DNA from: Fermentimonas sp.
GTDB taxonomy: Bacteria; Bacteroidota; Bacteroidia; Bacteroidales; Dysgonomonadaceae
Direction: 5' to 3'
Assembly (NCBI GenBank): GCA_028683355.1
Contig: JAQUIZ010000001.1
Coordinates: forward strand, 15,618-79,617
Length of the DNA stretch: 64,000 nucleotides
Shown: piece after piece, positions 10,134-18,198 of the stretch
Layout of the letters: every line of letters begins with the position of its first letter
Numbering within the stretch: position 1 is the stretch's first letter
Made by a program: the position numbers and the translations under genes
Notes under the pieces: model-generated
The model's database searches: none
What the model was told of the DNA's origin: nothing
Seen by the model: the letters and a program-made list of their open reading frames with translations, nothing else

Positions 10134-10141
10134 CAAAGGTA
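10134..10141 (-). promoter_or_regulatory. candidate Bacteroides -7 promoter box for the SIR2 gene
   Basis: The plus strand reads CAAAGGTA, so the minus strand reads TACCTTTG (TAnnTTTG consensus). It lies 27 nt upstream of the start codon at 10107. Confidence 0.4.
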
Positions 10142-10216
10142 ACTCTTTTTATTGAGTCGTGACATTCAGATGATAATAAATATTGAGGTAATTCGCAATT
10201 TTTATGGCAAATAGTC

Positions 10217-10265
10217 TTACTTGTATAGTGGTTGATTGAAATAAATTCATTACTTTTGCAAGTAA
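10217..10265 (+). promoter_or_regulatory. candidate promoter and operator of the HTH-mod operon
   Basis: TACTTTTG (10251-10258) fits TAnnTTTG, 29 nt upstream of the ATG at 10287. It is embedded in the inverted repeat TTACTT-ttgc-AAGTAA (10250-10265). A further TTACTTG half-site lies at 10217-10223. Confidence 0.35.
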
Positions 10266-10286
10266 AGATGAATAATATAATCCAAT

Positions 10287-10529
10287 ATGGAAGATACTAA
10301 AGATATAAATCGAATCAAGGTGGTTCTTGTGGAGAAGAAACGGACCAACAAATGGTTGGCTGAACAATTAGGGAAAGACCCTGCCACGGTATCAAAATGG
10401 TGTACCAACACTTCACAACCAGGACTGGAAACATTATTGCAGATTGCCAATGTGCTTGAAGTTGATGTCAAGGAGTTGCTGAACTCCTCTTTGGACGAAA
10501 ACATTCAAATTGTCAGACTTGTCAAATAA
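10287..10529 (+). CDS. XRE-family helix-turn-helix protein, likely R-M controller (C protein)
   Basis: 80 aa with the HTH KWLAEQLGKDPATVSKWCTNTSQP. It lies 27 nt upstream of mod on the same strand. Confidence 0.75.
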   Translation: MEDTKDINRIKVVLVEKKRTNKWLAEQLGKDPATVSKWCTNTSQPGLETLLQIANVLEVDVKELLNSSLDENIQIVRLVK

Positions 10530-10556
10530 CAATACCAACCTTTTATCTCACAGATA

Positions 10557-12512
10557 ATGAATAAGAAAGAATTATATAATAAGATATTGCAGCTTGACGG
10601 TTTGACTAACGAAGAGAAGTCTGAGCTGTTGGGATTGCTGCGTAAGCAAAAGAAATATGGATTGGTATGGGAGGACAAGCCGGAGGATGTGGAAGAACGT
10701 CTGCGCAATGAGTTGCCCGTATTGGTTGAAGACACTTCAAAAGCCATTATCAGTACAGAAGCCGATGCACCTAACCATATTCTCATAGAGGGCGACAACC
10801 TTGAAGTTCTTACCACCCTCGTTTATACGCATGAAGGAAAGATTGATGTGATTTATATCGATCCGCCATATAATACAGGAAAAAATGATTTCGTCTACAA
10901 TGACTCTTTTGTGGATTCTGAAGATGCTTTTCGCCATTCCAAGTGGTTATCATTCATGCACAAGAGACTACGCATAGCTAAGCGATTATTATCTGAGGAT
11001 GGAATAATATTCATTCAAGTTGACGACAACGAATACGCTAATTTGAAATTGCTTTGTGATGAAATTTTAGGAGAGAAAAATGCTTTGGGTCCAATAATAC
11101 AGAACAAATTGAACGCAAAAAACGACACATTGAACATTCAAAAGAATCATGAGTATATTCTTTGCTATCGTAATAGAATTAAAACGGACAAGAGAACATC
11201 CAAAGAGATTCCTATATTACAAAATATTTCCTACGTTAAGAAAGAAGCATATAAAGAACAAGATAAGTTTTATTACCTGAATGACACAATAACTACGCGA
11301 GGTGAAGGAGGTACATTACGAAAACGTCCTAACTTAGGCTATTCTTTTTACGTAAATCCTAACACATTAGATTTTAAAACTGTCCGCGATTATGATTCTA
11401 CAAATATCCCATCATATACTGATGAGACACAAGTTTACAAAGATAATCAAGATATAATTGCAGAAGGCTATTCTGTTATTATAAGGCCTCCTCGTGTAAG
11501 GAATGAGCTTGGAGTGTGGACTTGGGATATGAAAAAGGCAAATGCTGAAAAAGAGAACCTTGTAGTTATAAATAATAGAAATGGATACTCTATTAAAAAA
11601 AGAACATTTGTTGACGAGGCAGATGTGGTTTTACGAGATTCTAAGTATTGGTATGAAAAAACATCAATTGGAAATTCTCGAAGTATTATAGAATTTTCTA
11701 CAAATGATGGTTCTAATACTTTCAATAATGTATTCAGCCATACGGTAAAATTCAATAACCCAAAAAATTTAGAACTAATAATTTATCTGATAAATTTATT
11801 TTATAGAAAGAATATAACTACTCTCGACTTTTTCGCAGGTTCTGGTACAACCCTCCACGCCACCATGCAACTGAATGCAGAAGATGGCGGACGCCGCAAG
11901 TGCATCCTCGTCACCAACAACGAGAATAACATCTGCGAAGAAGTAACCTACGAACGCAACAAACGTGTAATAAACGGCTACACCAATCCGAAAGGGGAAG
12001 AAGTTCCGGGACTGACAGGTAACACATTGCGCTACTATCGCACAAGTTTTGTGGGCAGAAGCCGAAGCATGAAAAATATGCGTCAGCTGATGAATCTCTC
12101 TACCGATATGCTCTGCATTAAGGAAGACCTCTATACAGAGCAACCGAAGTTTGGAGAGCAACAGACCTATAAAAATGTATTCCGCTACTTCGACAATGGA
12201 AAAAAGCGCATGATGATGATCTACCGCGAAGAAGCTGTGCAACAGCTGGTAGATTTAATCCAAAAGACTGACTACGAGGGTAAGATGCTCGTGTATGTAT
12301 TCTCACCGAGCGAAGACCCATGGGAAGGCGAATTTGAAGAAGTTCAAGACAAGGTGCAACTTTGTGCTTTGCCACAAGCTATTTATAATGCCTACCGTCG
12401 CATACTACCTAAGAAAAAAGACGAGCTTATTATCTCTGACGATACAAAAACAACCGTTCAGGAGGATATGCCGAATGGAATGTTGAACTTTGATGAAGAG
12501 GAGGATTTGTAA
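10557..12512 (+). CDS. mod: type III R-M DNA methyltransferase (Mod, beta-class N6A/N4C MTase)
   Basis: Motif IV VIYIDPPYNTGKNDF precedes motif I LDFFAGSGTTLHA (beta permutation). There is a long variable central region, and a helicase-nuclease Res lies downstream. Confidence 0.85.
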   Translation: MNKKELYNKILQLDGLTNEEKSELLGLLRKQKKYGLVWEDKPEDVEERLRNELPVLVEDTSKAIISTEADAPNHILIEGDNLEVLTTLVYTHEGKIDVIYIDPPYNTGKNDFVYNDSFVDSEDAFRHSKWLSFMHKRLRIAKRLLSEDGIIFIQVDDNEYANLKLLCDEILGEKNALGPIIQNKLNAKNDTLNIQKNHEYILCYRNRIKTDKRTSKEIPILQNISYVKKEAYKEQDKFYYLNDTITTRGEGGTLRKRPNLGYSFYVNPNTLDFKTVRDYDSTNIPSYTDETQVYKDNQDIIAEGYSVIIRPPRVRNELGVWTWDMKKANAEKENLVVINNRNGYSIKKRTFVDEADVVLRDSKYWYEKTSIGNSRSIIEFSTNDGSNTFNNVFSHTVKFNNPKNLELIIYLINLFYRKNITTLDFFAGSGTTLHATMQLNAEDGGRRKCILVTNNENNICEEVTYERNKRVINGYTNPKGEEVPGLTGNTLRYYRTSFVGRSRSMKNMRQLMNLSTDMLCIKEDLYTEQPKFGEQQTYKNVFRYFDNGKKRMMMIYREEAVQQLVDLIQKTDYEGKMLVYVFSPSEDPWEGEFEEVQDKVQLCALPQAIYNAYRRILPKKKDELIISDDTKTTVQEDMPNGMLNFDEEEDL

Positions 12513-13594
12513 TGAGCGAGCAGGAGAAGCACAAAAAGAAAAAAGAACAGGTGACGGTACGCAGCAGTGCAGCCGAATACCTGAACTATGTGGCATCTGT
12601 CGGTAATGACGAGCAACAGATAGAGATACGTTATGAAGACGAAAATATCTGGCTCACACAGAAACTGATGGCGATGCTATACGGTGTGGAAGTACACACC
12701 ATCAACTATCACATCAAGAAAATATTCTCGGACAGCGAGTTGCAGGAAACGGCAGTTATTCGAAAATTTCGAATAACTGCTCCTGACGGCAAACAATACA
12801 CCACGAACCACTATTCATTGGAAATGATTATTGCCGTCGGATTCAAGGTGAATTCCGAGAAAGCTGTGCAGTTCAGGAAATGGGTAAATGGTATTGCTAA
12901 GGAATACACCATCAAAGGCTGGGTGATGGACTCGGAAAGACTGAAACGTGGAACCTTTCTGACAGACAAGTATTTCGATGAGCAATTAGAGCGCATCCGC
13001 GAGATACGCATGAGCGAGCGTCTGTTCTATCAGAAAATAACAGACCTTTATGCCACAGCCGTTGACTACGATAAGACAGCATTGGCCACCCGTCGATTCT
13101 ATGCAACGGTACAGAACAAAATGCACTTTGCCGTTCATGGTCATACAGCAGCCGAACTCATTGTGGAACGGGCAAATGCATCCAAAGAACACATGGGACT
13201 GACTACATGGGCTGATGCCCCCGATGGCAAAATCAAGAAAAGCGATGTGGTGATAGCAAAGAACTATCTTTCAGATACCGAAATGGGACAATTGGAACGC
13301 ATGGTTACGGCTTATCTTGATTTTGCAGAAACAATGACCATGCGCCATATCCCATTGACTATGGCAGATTGGGAACAACGTCTGAACAACTTTATCAATC
13401 TCTTTGAATACGGTCTGTTGAAAGATGCAGGACGTGTAAGTGCCGAAATAGCACGATTACATGCAGAGACGGAATTCGAGAAATACAGAATCATACAAGA
13501 CAAACTGTTTTTGTCTGACTACGACCGCTTTCTATTGGAAATGAAAGAGATTGAGAACAAAAACCATGGAAACAAAAAAGAGGAGAAGCAATGA
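12512..13594 (+). CDS. rhuM: RhuM-family protein embedded in the R-M operon
   Basis: IEIRYEDENIWLTQKLMAMLYGVEVHTINYHIKKIFSD and AVGFKVNSEKAVQFRKWVNGI match my memory of RhuM-family sequences. Its start overlaps the mod stop (TAATG) and its stop overlaps the res start (ATGA). Confidence 0.75.
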   Translation: MSEQEKHKKKKEQVTVRSSAAEYLNYVASVGNDEQQIEIRYEDENIWLTQKLMAMLYGVEVHTINYHIKKIFSDSELQETAVIRKFRITAPDGKQYTTNHYSLEMIIAVGFKVNSEKAVQFRKWVNGIAKEYTIKGWVMDSERLKRGTFLTDKYFDEQLERIREIRMSERLFYQKITDLYATAVDYDKTALATRRFYATVQNKMHFAVHGHTAAELIVERANASKEHMGLTTWADAPDGKIKKSDVVIAKNYLSDTEMGQLERMVTAYLDFAETMTMRHIPLTMADWEQRLNNFINLFEYGLLKDAGRVSAEIARLHAETEFEKYRIIQDKLFLSDYDRFLLEMKEIENKNHGNKKEEKQ

Positions 13595-15954
13595 AGAATT
13601 TAGAATATCAACAAAGAGCGGTAAACGAATTGATTGACAAGACTATCCGTCTACTGAATGCGGGCGGACAGCGCAATAAATTGGTGTTTGAAGCCACGAC
13701 CGGTGCCGGTAAAACCGTAATGGCGTGTCAGATGCTTGCCGGTCTGATGGACGAACTGCATGATCGGGGCGACAGCCGTTATCAAGAAGTGGCATTCATT
13801 TGGTTCGCTCCTCGCAAATTGCACATACAGAGTTACGAAAAGTTGAAAGACACCTTTGAAGAGACTCGCACACTTCGTCCCGTAATGTTTGATGAACTTG
13901 ATCAGAACGAAGGCATCCGCCCGGGTGAAATACTTTTCGTAAACTGGGAAAGCGTTAATAAAGAAAGTAACGTGATGGTGCGCGAGGGTGATTGTTCGTT
14001 GTCACTTTATGAAATTACAGACAAGACGAAAGAAGAATTCGGTTTGCCTATCATAGCCATCATCGACGAAGAACATATGTTCTGGTCAAAGACTGCGGAT
14101 AAGTCGGCTGCCGTACTTGACAAAATCAATCCTATGGTAGAAATCCGCATCTCCGCCACACCTAAAACCGCCAACCCAAAGGAAAAAGTAACGGTGTATC
14201 GTCAGGATGTGATAGCCGCCGAAATGATTAAGAAAGAGGTGGTACTCAACCCGGAGATAGAACTGAATTTCAGCGATGAGCTGGAACTTAATGCCAACCT
14301 TATCAAAGCGGCTTCGGATAAACGTAACCAAATAGCAGAAGCATATAAGTCAGTAGGTTCAGACATCAACCCTTTGCTACTCATTCAGCTGCCTAACGAT
14401 ACAAAAGAAAATATGACGACGGAAGATGCTGCCATAGCCGATCAGGTAAAGAAGTATCTTGAAGTGATGTGTGGTATTACCACCGACAACCACCGTCTGG
14501 CGATATGGCTTGCAAATGAGAAAGAGAATCTGACCGATTTAGAAAAGCCTGACAACCTGACTGAGGTACTGCTTTTCAAAGAAGCCATAGCCTTGGGTTG
14601 GGACTGTCCTCGCGCCGCCGTGCTACTTATATTCCGCAAACTGCAAAGCGACCAGTTTACTATTCAGACTGTTGGTCGTATTATGCGTATGCCGGAACAG
14701 AAGCATTATCCCAAAGAGATGCTCAATGTTGGCTATGTGTTTACCGATATAGCTAAAGACAAGATACAAATCGTTACAGCCGATGCCGACTATATCCTGA
14801 ACAACACTGTTACAGCCTACCGCCGTGAGAATTTGAAAAATGTATGGTTGCCTGCCTGCTATGCGGAACGTCCCAATATAGAACGTAACTATTTAGGGCC
14901 TGACTTTCGCAAAGTGCTCTATGATGAAGCCCGACATTTCTGGGACTTTGCAGAAGGCAATTTACTGTTCTCGTTAGAGGAATTAGCCAAGCTGGATAAT
15001 ACTAATGACGAAAGCGGTCCATTACCTGAGACTGATGACCTAAAAATCAATGAAAATAGGAAAAAGGTAACCAACTCTTTACGCCTTGATGTCAAGAACA
15101 TCAACATTGAGATACCGCAAGACGTACATTTCCAGAACGAGGAACAGATATTAGAAGTTGATACCGTAAAATACGCAAGAAAAGCTACTGAGATTGACCG
15201 CGTGTTTATGGCATACATCGCCACAAAAGGGCATCAATTCGAGAGTAAAGGTCGCGCTGACAAAATTGCAAGTTATCTGCTTGAAATATTGGCCGACTTC
15301 TTCGGTATCTTCGACACAGACGCCAAAAAGGTGGTGCTATATCACTTAAACAAGCCTAAGTTTGACCGCATTATAGACATGGCACTGGAGAAATATGCCC
15401 GTATGCGCGATAGAGCCAAGAAAGCATCTGCAGCCAAGAGAGTATTCAAAAAATACGATTGGGAGGTGCCTGAAGAACGTACTTACGACAATGACACCAA
15501 TCATATAGAGGAAAGCCGGAATCACGCACTCCTGCCATTTGTGCAACTCAACCAGGCATCGAGTCCGGAAAAGAACTTCATAGCCTATCTGGAGCAAAAC
15601 GGACAGTATATAGATTGGTGGTACAAGAATGGAGACAACGGCAAACAGCATTATGCCATAGAATACAGCACCGGCAACGAAAACGGCAAGTCGCTGTTTT
15701 ATGTGGATTTTATCATCCGTATGAAAAACGGTCATATCTATCTCTTCGATACCAAAAGTGCAGGCAGCGACGCATTTGCACACAACAAGCACAACGCATT
15801 GCTGCAATACATCAAAGAAAACACTTCGGACGAAACTCCATTATCGGGAGGTGTCATCCTGCAGCAAGGCGAGAACTGGTTATATTCCCCACTCCCTATC
15901 GAGAATACCACCGATACATTGAACTGGAACTGTTTTTACCCACAAAACGCATAA
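13591..15954 (+). CDS. res: type III restriction enzyme Res subunit (SF2 helicase plus C-terminal PD-(D/E)XK)
   Basis: Walker A EATTGAGKTVMA, DEAH-like IIDEEHMFW and motif VI TVGRIMRMP. The C-terminal nuclease-like motif is FYVDFIIRMKNGHIYLFDTKS. Confidence 0.8.
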   Translation: MKNLEYQQRAVNELIDKTIRLLNAGGQRNKLVFEATTGAGKTVMACQMLAGLMDELHDRGDSRYQEVAFIWFAPRKLHIQSYEKLKDTFEETRTLRPVMFDELDQNEGIRPGEILFVNWESVNKESNVMVREGDCSLSLYEITDKTKEEFGLPIIAIIDEEHMFWSKTADKSAAVLDKINPMVEIRISATPKTANPKEKVTVYRQDVIAAEMIKKEVVLNPEIELNFSDELELNANLIKAASDKRNQIAEAYKSVGSDINPLLLIQLPNDTKENMTTEDAAIADQVKKYLEVMCGITTDNHRLAIWLANEKENLTDLEKPDNLTEVLLFKEAIALGWDCPRAAVLLIFRKLQSDQFTIQTVGRIMRMPEQKHYPKEMLNVGYVFTDIAKDKIQIVTADADYILNNTVTAYRRENLKNVWLPACYAERPNIERNYLGPDFRKVLYDEARHFWDFAEGNLLFSLEELAKLDNTNDESGPLPETDDLKINENRKKVTNSLRLDVKNINIEIPQDVHFQNEEQILEVDTVKYARKATEIDRVFMAYIATKGHQFESKGRADKIASYLLEILADFFGIFDTDAKKVVLYHLNKPKFDRIIDMALEKYARMRDRAKKASAAKRVFKKYDWEVPEERTYDNDTNHIEESRNHALLPFVQLNQASSPEKNFIAYLEQNGQYIDWWYKNGDNGKQHYAIEYSTGNENGKSLFYVDFIIRMKNGHIYLFDTKSAGSDAFAHNKHNALLQYIKENTSDETPLSGGVILQQGENWLYSPLPIENTTDTLNWNCFYPQNA

Positions 15955-15959
15955 GTACT

Positions 15960-16178
15960 ATGGCAAAAGGAATAGACCCCAAATTTGTACATTACGGCAT
16001 CCGCAAGGATGATCTTGCAATGATAGAAGCTATTTGCGCTACCGAAGACATAGATTTTGATTGGCTGAGTGAGGACATCTTGAAAGCCTACCATGCAAAA
16101 AAAGTGGATGTAATCGAAATGAATGATGGCGATACGGAAGAGATAATCCGCAACGCCATACAGAAAATACGTCAATAA
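15960..16178 (+). CDS. 72-aa acidic protein of unknown function
   Basis: ATG at 15960, 5 nt after the res stop. The longer ORF-track entry (15615-16178) overlaps res out of frame. The gene is tightly packed before the DndD-like gene. Confidence 0.55.
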   Translation: MAKGIDPKFVHYGIRKDDLAMIEAICATEDIDFDWLSEDILKAYHAKKVDVIEMNDGDTEEIIRNAIQKIRQ

Positions 16179-16191
16179 ATGAATTTACGCC

Positions 16192-18192
16192 ATGCTCATA
16201 CAAAGAATAAAGATTAGCAATTTCAAGACTTACCTGTCGCTCGACCTCGATTTAACGGTAGATGACGACCGCCCTATTATACTCATCGGTGGTTCAAACG
16301 GTGGAGGTAAAACCACCCTGTTCGAAGCTATAAGCGGTGCATTGTATGGATTGAAAATAGAGAACAAGGAACACTTTATGGAATTGCTCAATCAAGGGGC
16401 AGTCAATCGGGTGAAGCCAGAAATCAGTCTGCAAATCACCTTTGTTGGCAAAGTGCTTGGTCAGCAACAGAAGTATATCCTAAAACGCATATACCAGCTT
16501 AATCCACAAGGTCGTCCGCTTGAAAGTGTATCGCTGAACATGAACGGCAATATGTATGTGTATGGCACAATGACTGCACCCAAAGAAAGGGTGCGGGCTG
16601 AACAGGAAATCAGCAAGATAATCAAGGCCAACCTGCCGCAGGAATTGAGCCAGTATTTTCTGTTTGATGCGATGCAGTCGAGCGAGTTACTGAAAAAGAA
16701 TGTTTTTCAGCAGACCATACGCGACAACTTTGAGAATGTGCTTGGCTTCAAAAAGTATCTGCAACTGAAACGTGCAGCAGAGAAATTACAACAAGAGTGG
16801 GCAGAACAACGATTGGAAGCAGAAAAAGAAGCCAAAGAATACAACTCGTTATGCAATCAGAAAGAGCAGTTGGTAATTGATTTGAACACTTGCCTTGCAG
16901 AGCAAGACAGGTTGTATAAATATCTGTCATCGGTGGAAGATGAATACCAGCGAGCTAAAGATGGTGCGCAACAGGCTGCCAACCTAAGCAAACGTATACA
17001 GGACGTTGACGGTAAAATACGAGCCATAGCTGAGGAAGCTGCCATTTATGCAGAAAACTTGAAGATATTTATAAACAACATAGAAATCAATGTATTCCTT
17101 CCCAAATTGGCCTCCAACCTTTCTCAGGAAATCAACAATATATTACGAGTAAAGGAACAACTCCAAAAACAGAGCACTGGTGCCTATCCGATTGAGACAC
17201 TTCGTGATGTAACGTCAAAAATTATAGACTATTTGAAAGAGCTGTCGCTATGCAGTCAAGCAGTGGATGAAGAAAACGTGGTCTCGCATATTGTAGCCAT
17301 GCAGAACACAACCAATGCCAAAGATCCATACGACTACTTGAACACTGCCGAGGTGGATGCACTTCGGGAACTGCCGAAAAAAGGCAATGGCAACCAATTC
17401 GTTTCCATTGACCGCAAAAGGCAGGATATGGAAATACAGCTTGCCAACCTGGATAATCTCAGGACCGAGAAGCGCACACTTGAACAGACACAGGCTGGAG
17501 GAAACGGTTTACTTATAGTCAACTATGAAGATGCCAAACGTTCTGTGGAGAAGTTGAAAACGCAAGAAGACAGTCTCAAAAACGAGATTCAGCGTTTGGA
17601 AAAACGTATTCATCAATTCGATGTACAGATACAGCAGGAACCGGATGTGAAATTTGATACACTAGTCAAGTTGCGTCCGTTCTTCGATAAAGTGGCAGAC
17701 AATCTGCTGAAAAAGAAAAAGACTCAGATAGAAACAGAGATGCAGTCGCAACTCAATCGCCTGCTGGTATCATATAAAGGACATGTAGGCCGTGTGGAAT
17801 TGTCAGACAGCATGGAGAATTTCAATATCAAACTCTATCACAGTGCAGGCAATGAAATATCGTTGAACCAGCTGAATGCTGCTTCAAAGCAGATATTCAT
17901 ACAGGTATTGTTGAAAGTGCTACGCAATCTTGGCGACTATAACCCACCGGTTATGATTGATACCGTGATGGGTGTACTTGACAATGAAAGCCGTGATGCT
18001 TTAATGGAAGAATACTTTCCACAATTGGCAGAACAGACCATTCTGCTCTGTACTACATCGGAAATACGCACGGATAGCGACTATATAAAACTGGAGCCAT
18101 TCATCTCGAAAACATATACTCTGCATCGTAATGTAGAGGAACAGAATACAACTATAGATGAAGGCTATTTTGGAATACCCCTTAATCAGTAA
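16192..18192 (+). CDS. DndD-like / Rad50-SMC-like ABC ATPase
   Basis: Walker A LIGGSNGGGKTTLFEAI and a long charged, coiled-coil-like middle. The C-terminus PPVMIDTVMGVLDNESRDALMEEYFPQLAEQTILLCTTSEI resembles the DndD Walker B/D-loop end. Confidence 0.8.
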   Translation: MLIQRIKISNFKTYLSLDLDLTVDDDRPIILIGGSNGGGKTTLFEAISGALYGLKIENKEHFMELLNQGAVNRVKPEISLQITFVGKVLGQQQKYILKRIYQLNPQGRPLESVSLNMNGNMYVYGTMTAPKERVRAEQEISKIIKANLPQELSQYFLFDAMQSSELLKKNVFQQTIRDNFENVLGFKKYLQLKRAAEKLQQEWAEQRLEAEKEAKEYNSLCNQKEQLVIDLNTCLAEQDRLYKYLSSVEDEYQRAKDGAQQAANLSKRIQDVDGKIRAIAEEAAIYAENLKIFINNIEINVFLPKLASNLSQEINNILRVKEQLQKQSTGAYPIETLRDVTSKIIDYLKELSLCSQAVDEENVVSHIVAMQNTTNAKDPYDYLNTAEVDALRELPKKGNGNQFVSIDRKRQDMEIQLANLDNLRTEKRTLEQTQAGGNGLLIVNYEDAKRSVEKLKTQEDSLKNEIQRLEKRIHQFDVQIQQEPDVKFDTLVKLRPFFDKVADNLLKKKKTQIETEMQSQLNRLLVSYKGHVGRVELSDSMENFNIKLYHSAGNEISLNQLNAASKQIFIQVLLKVLRNLGDYNPPVMIDTVMGVLDNESRDALMEEYFPQLAEQTILLCTTSEIRTDSDYIKLEPFISKTYTLHRNVEEQNTTIDEGYFGIPLNQ

Positions 18193-18198
18193 ATAGTT

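Noticed and set aside
15615-15959. Upstream part of ORF 15615-16178
   Set aside because: It overlaps the 3' end of res in another frame and begins at a non-ATG codon. The ATG at 15960, 5 nt after the res stop, is the credible start.
16192-18192. Calling the locus a DNA phosphorothioation (Dnd/Ssp) system
   Set aside because: Only a DndD-like ATPase is present. No cysteine desulfurase, DndC/SspD-type PAPS-reductase-like protein, DndB or DndE is visible anywhere in the window.
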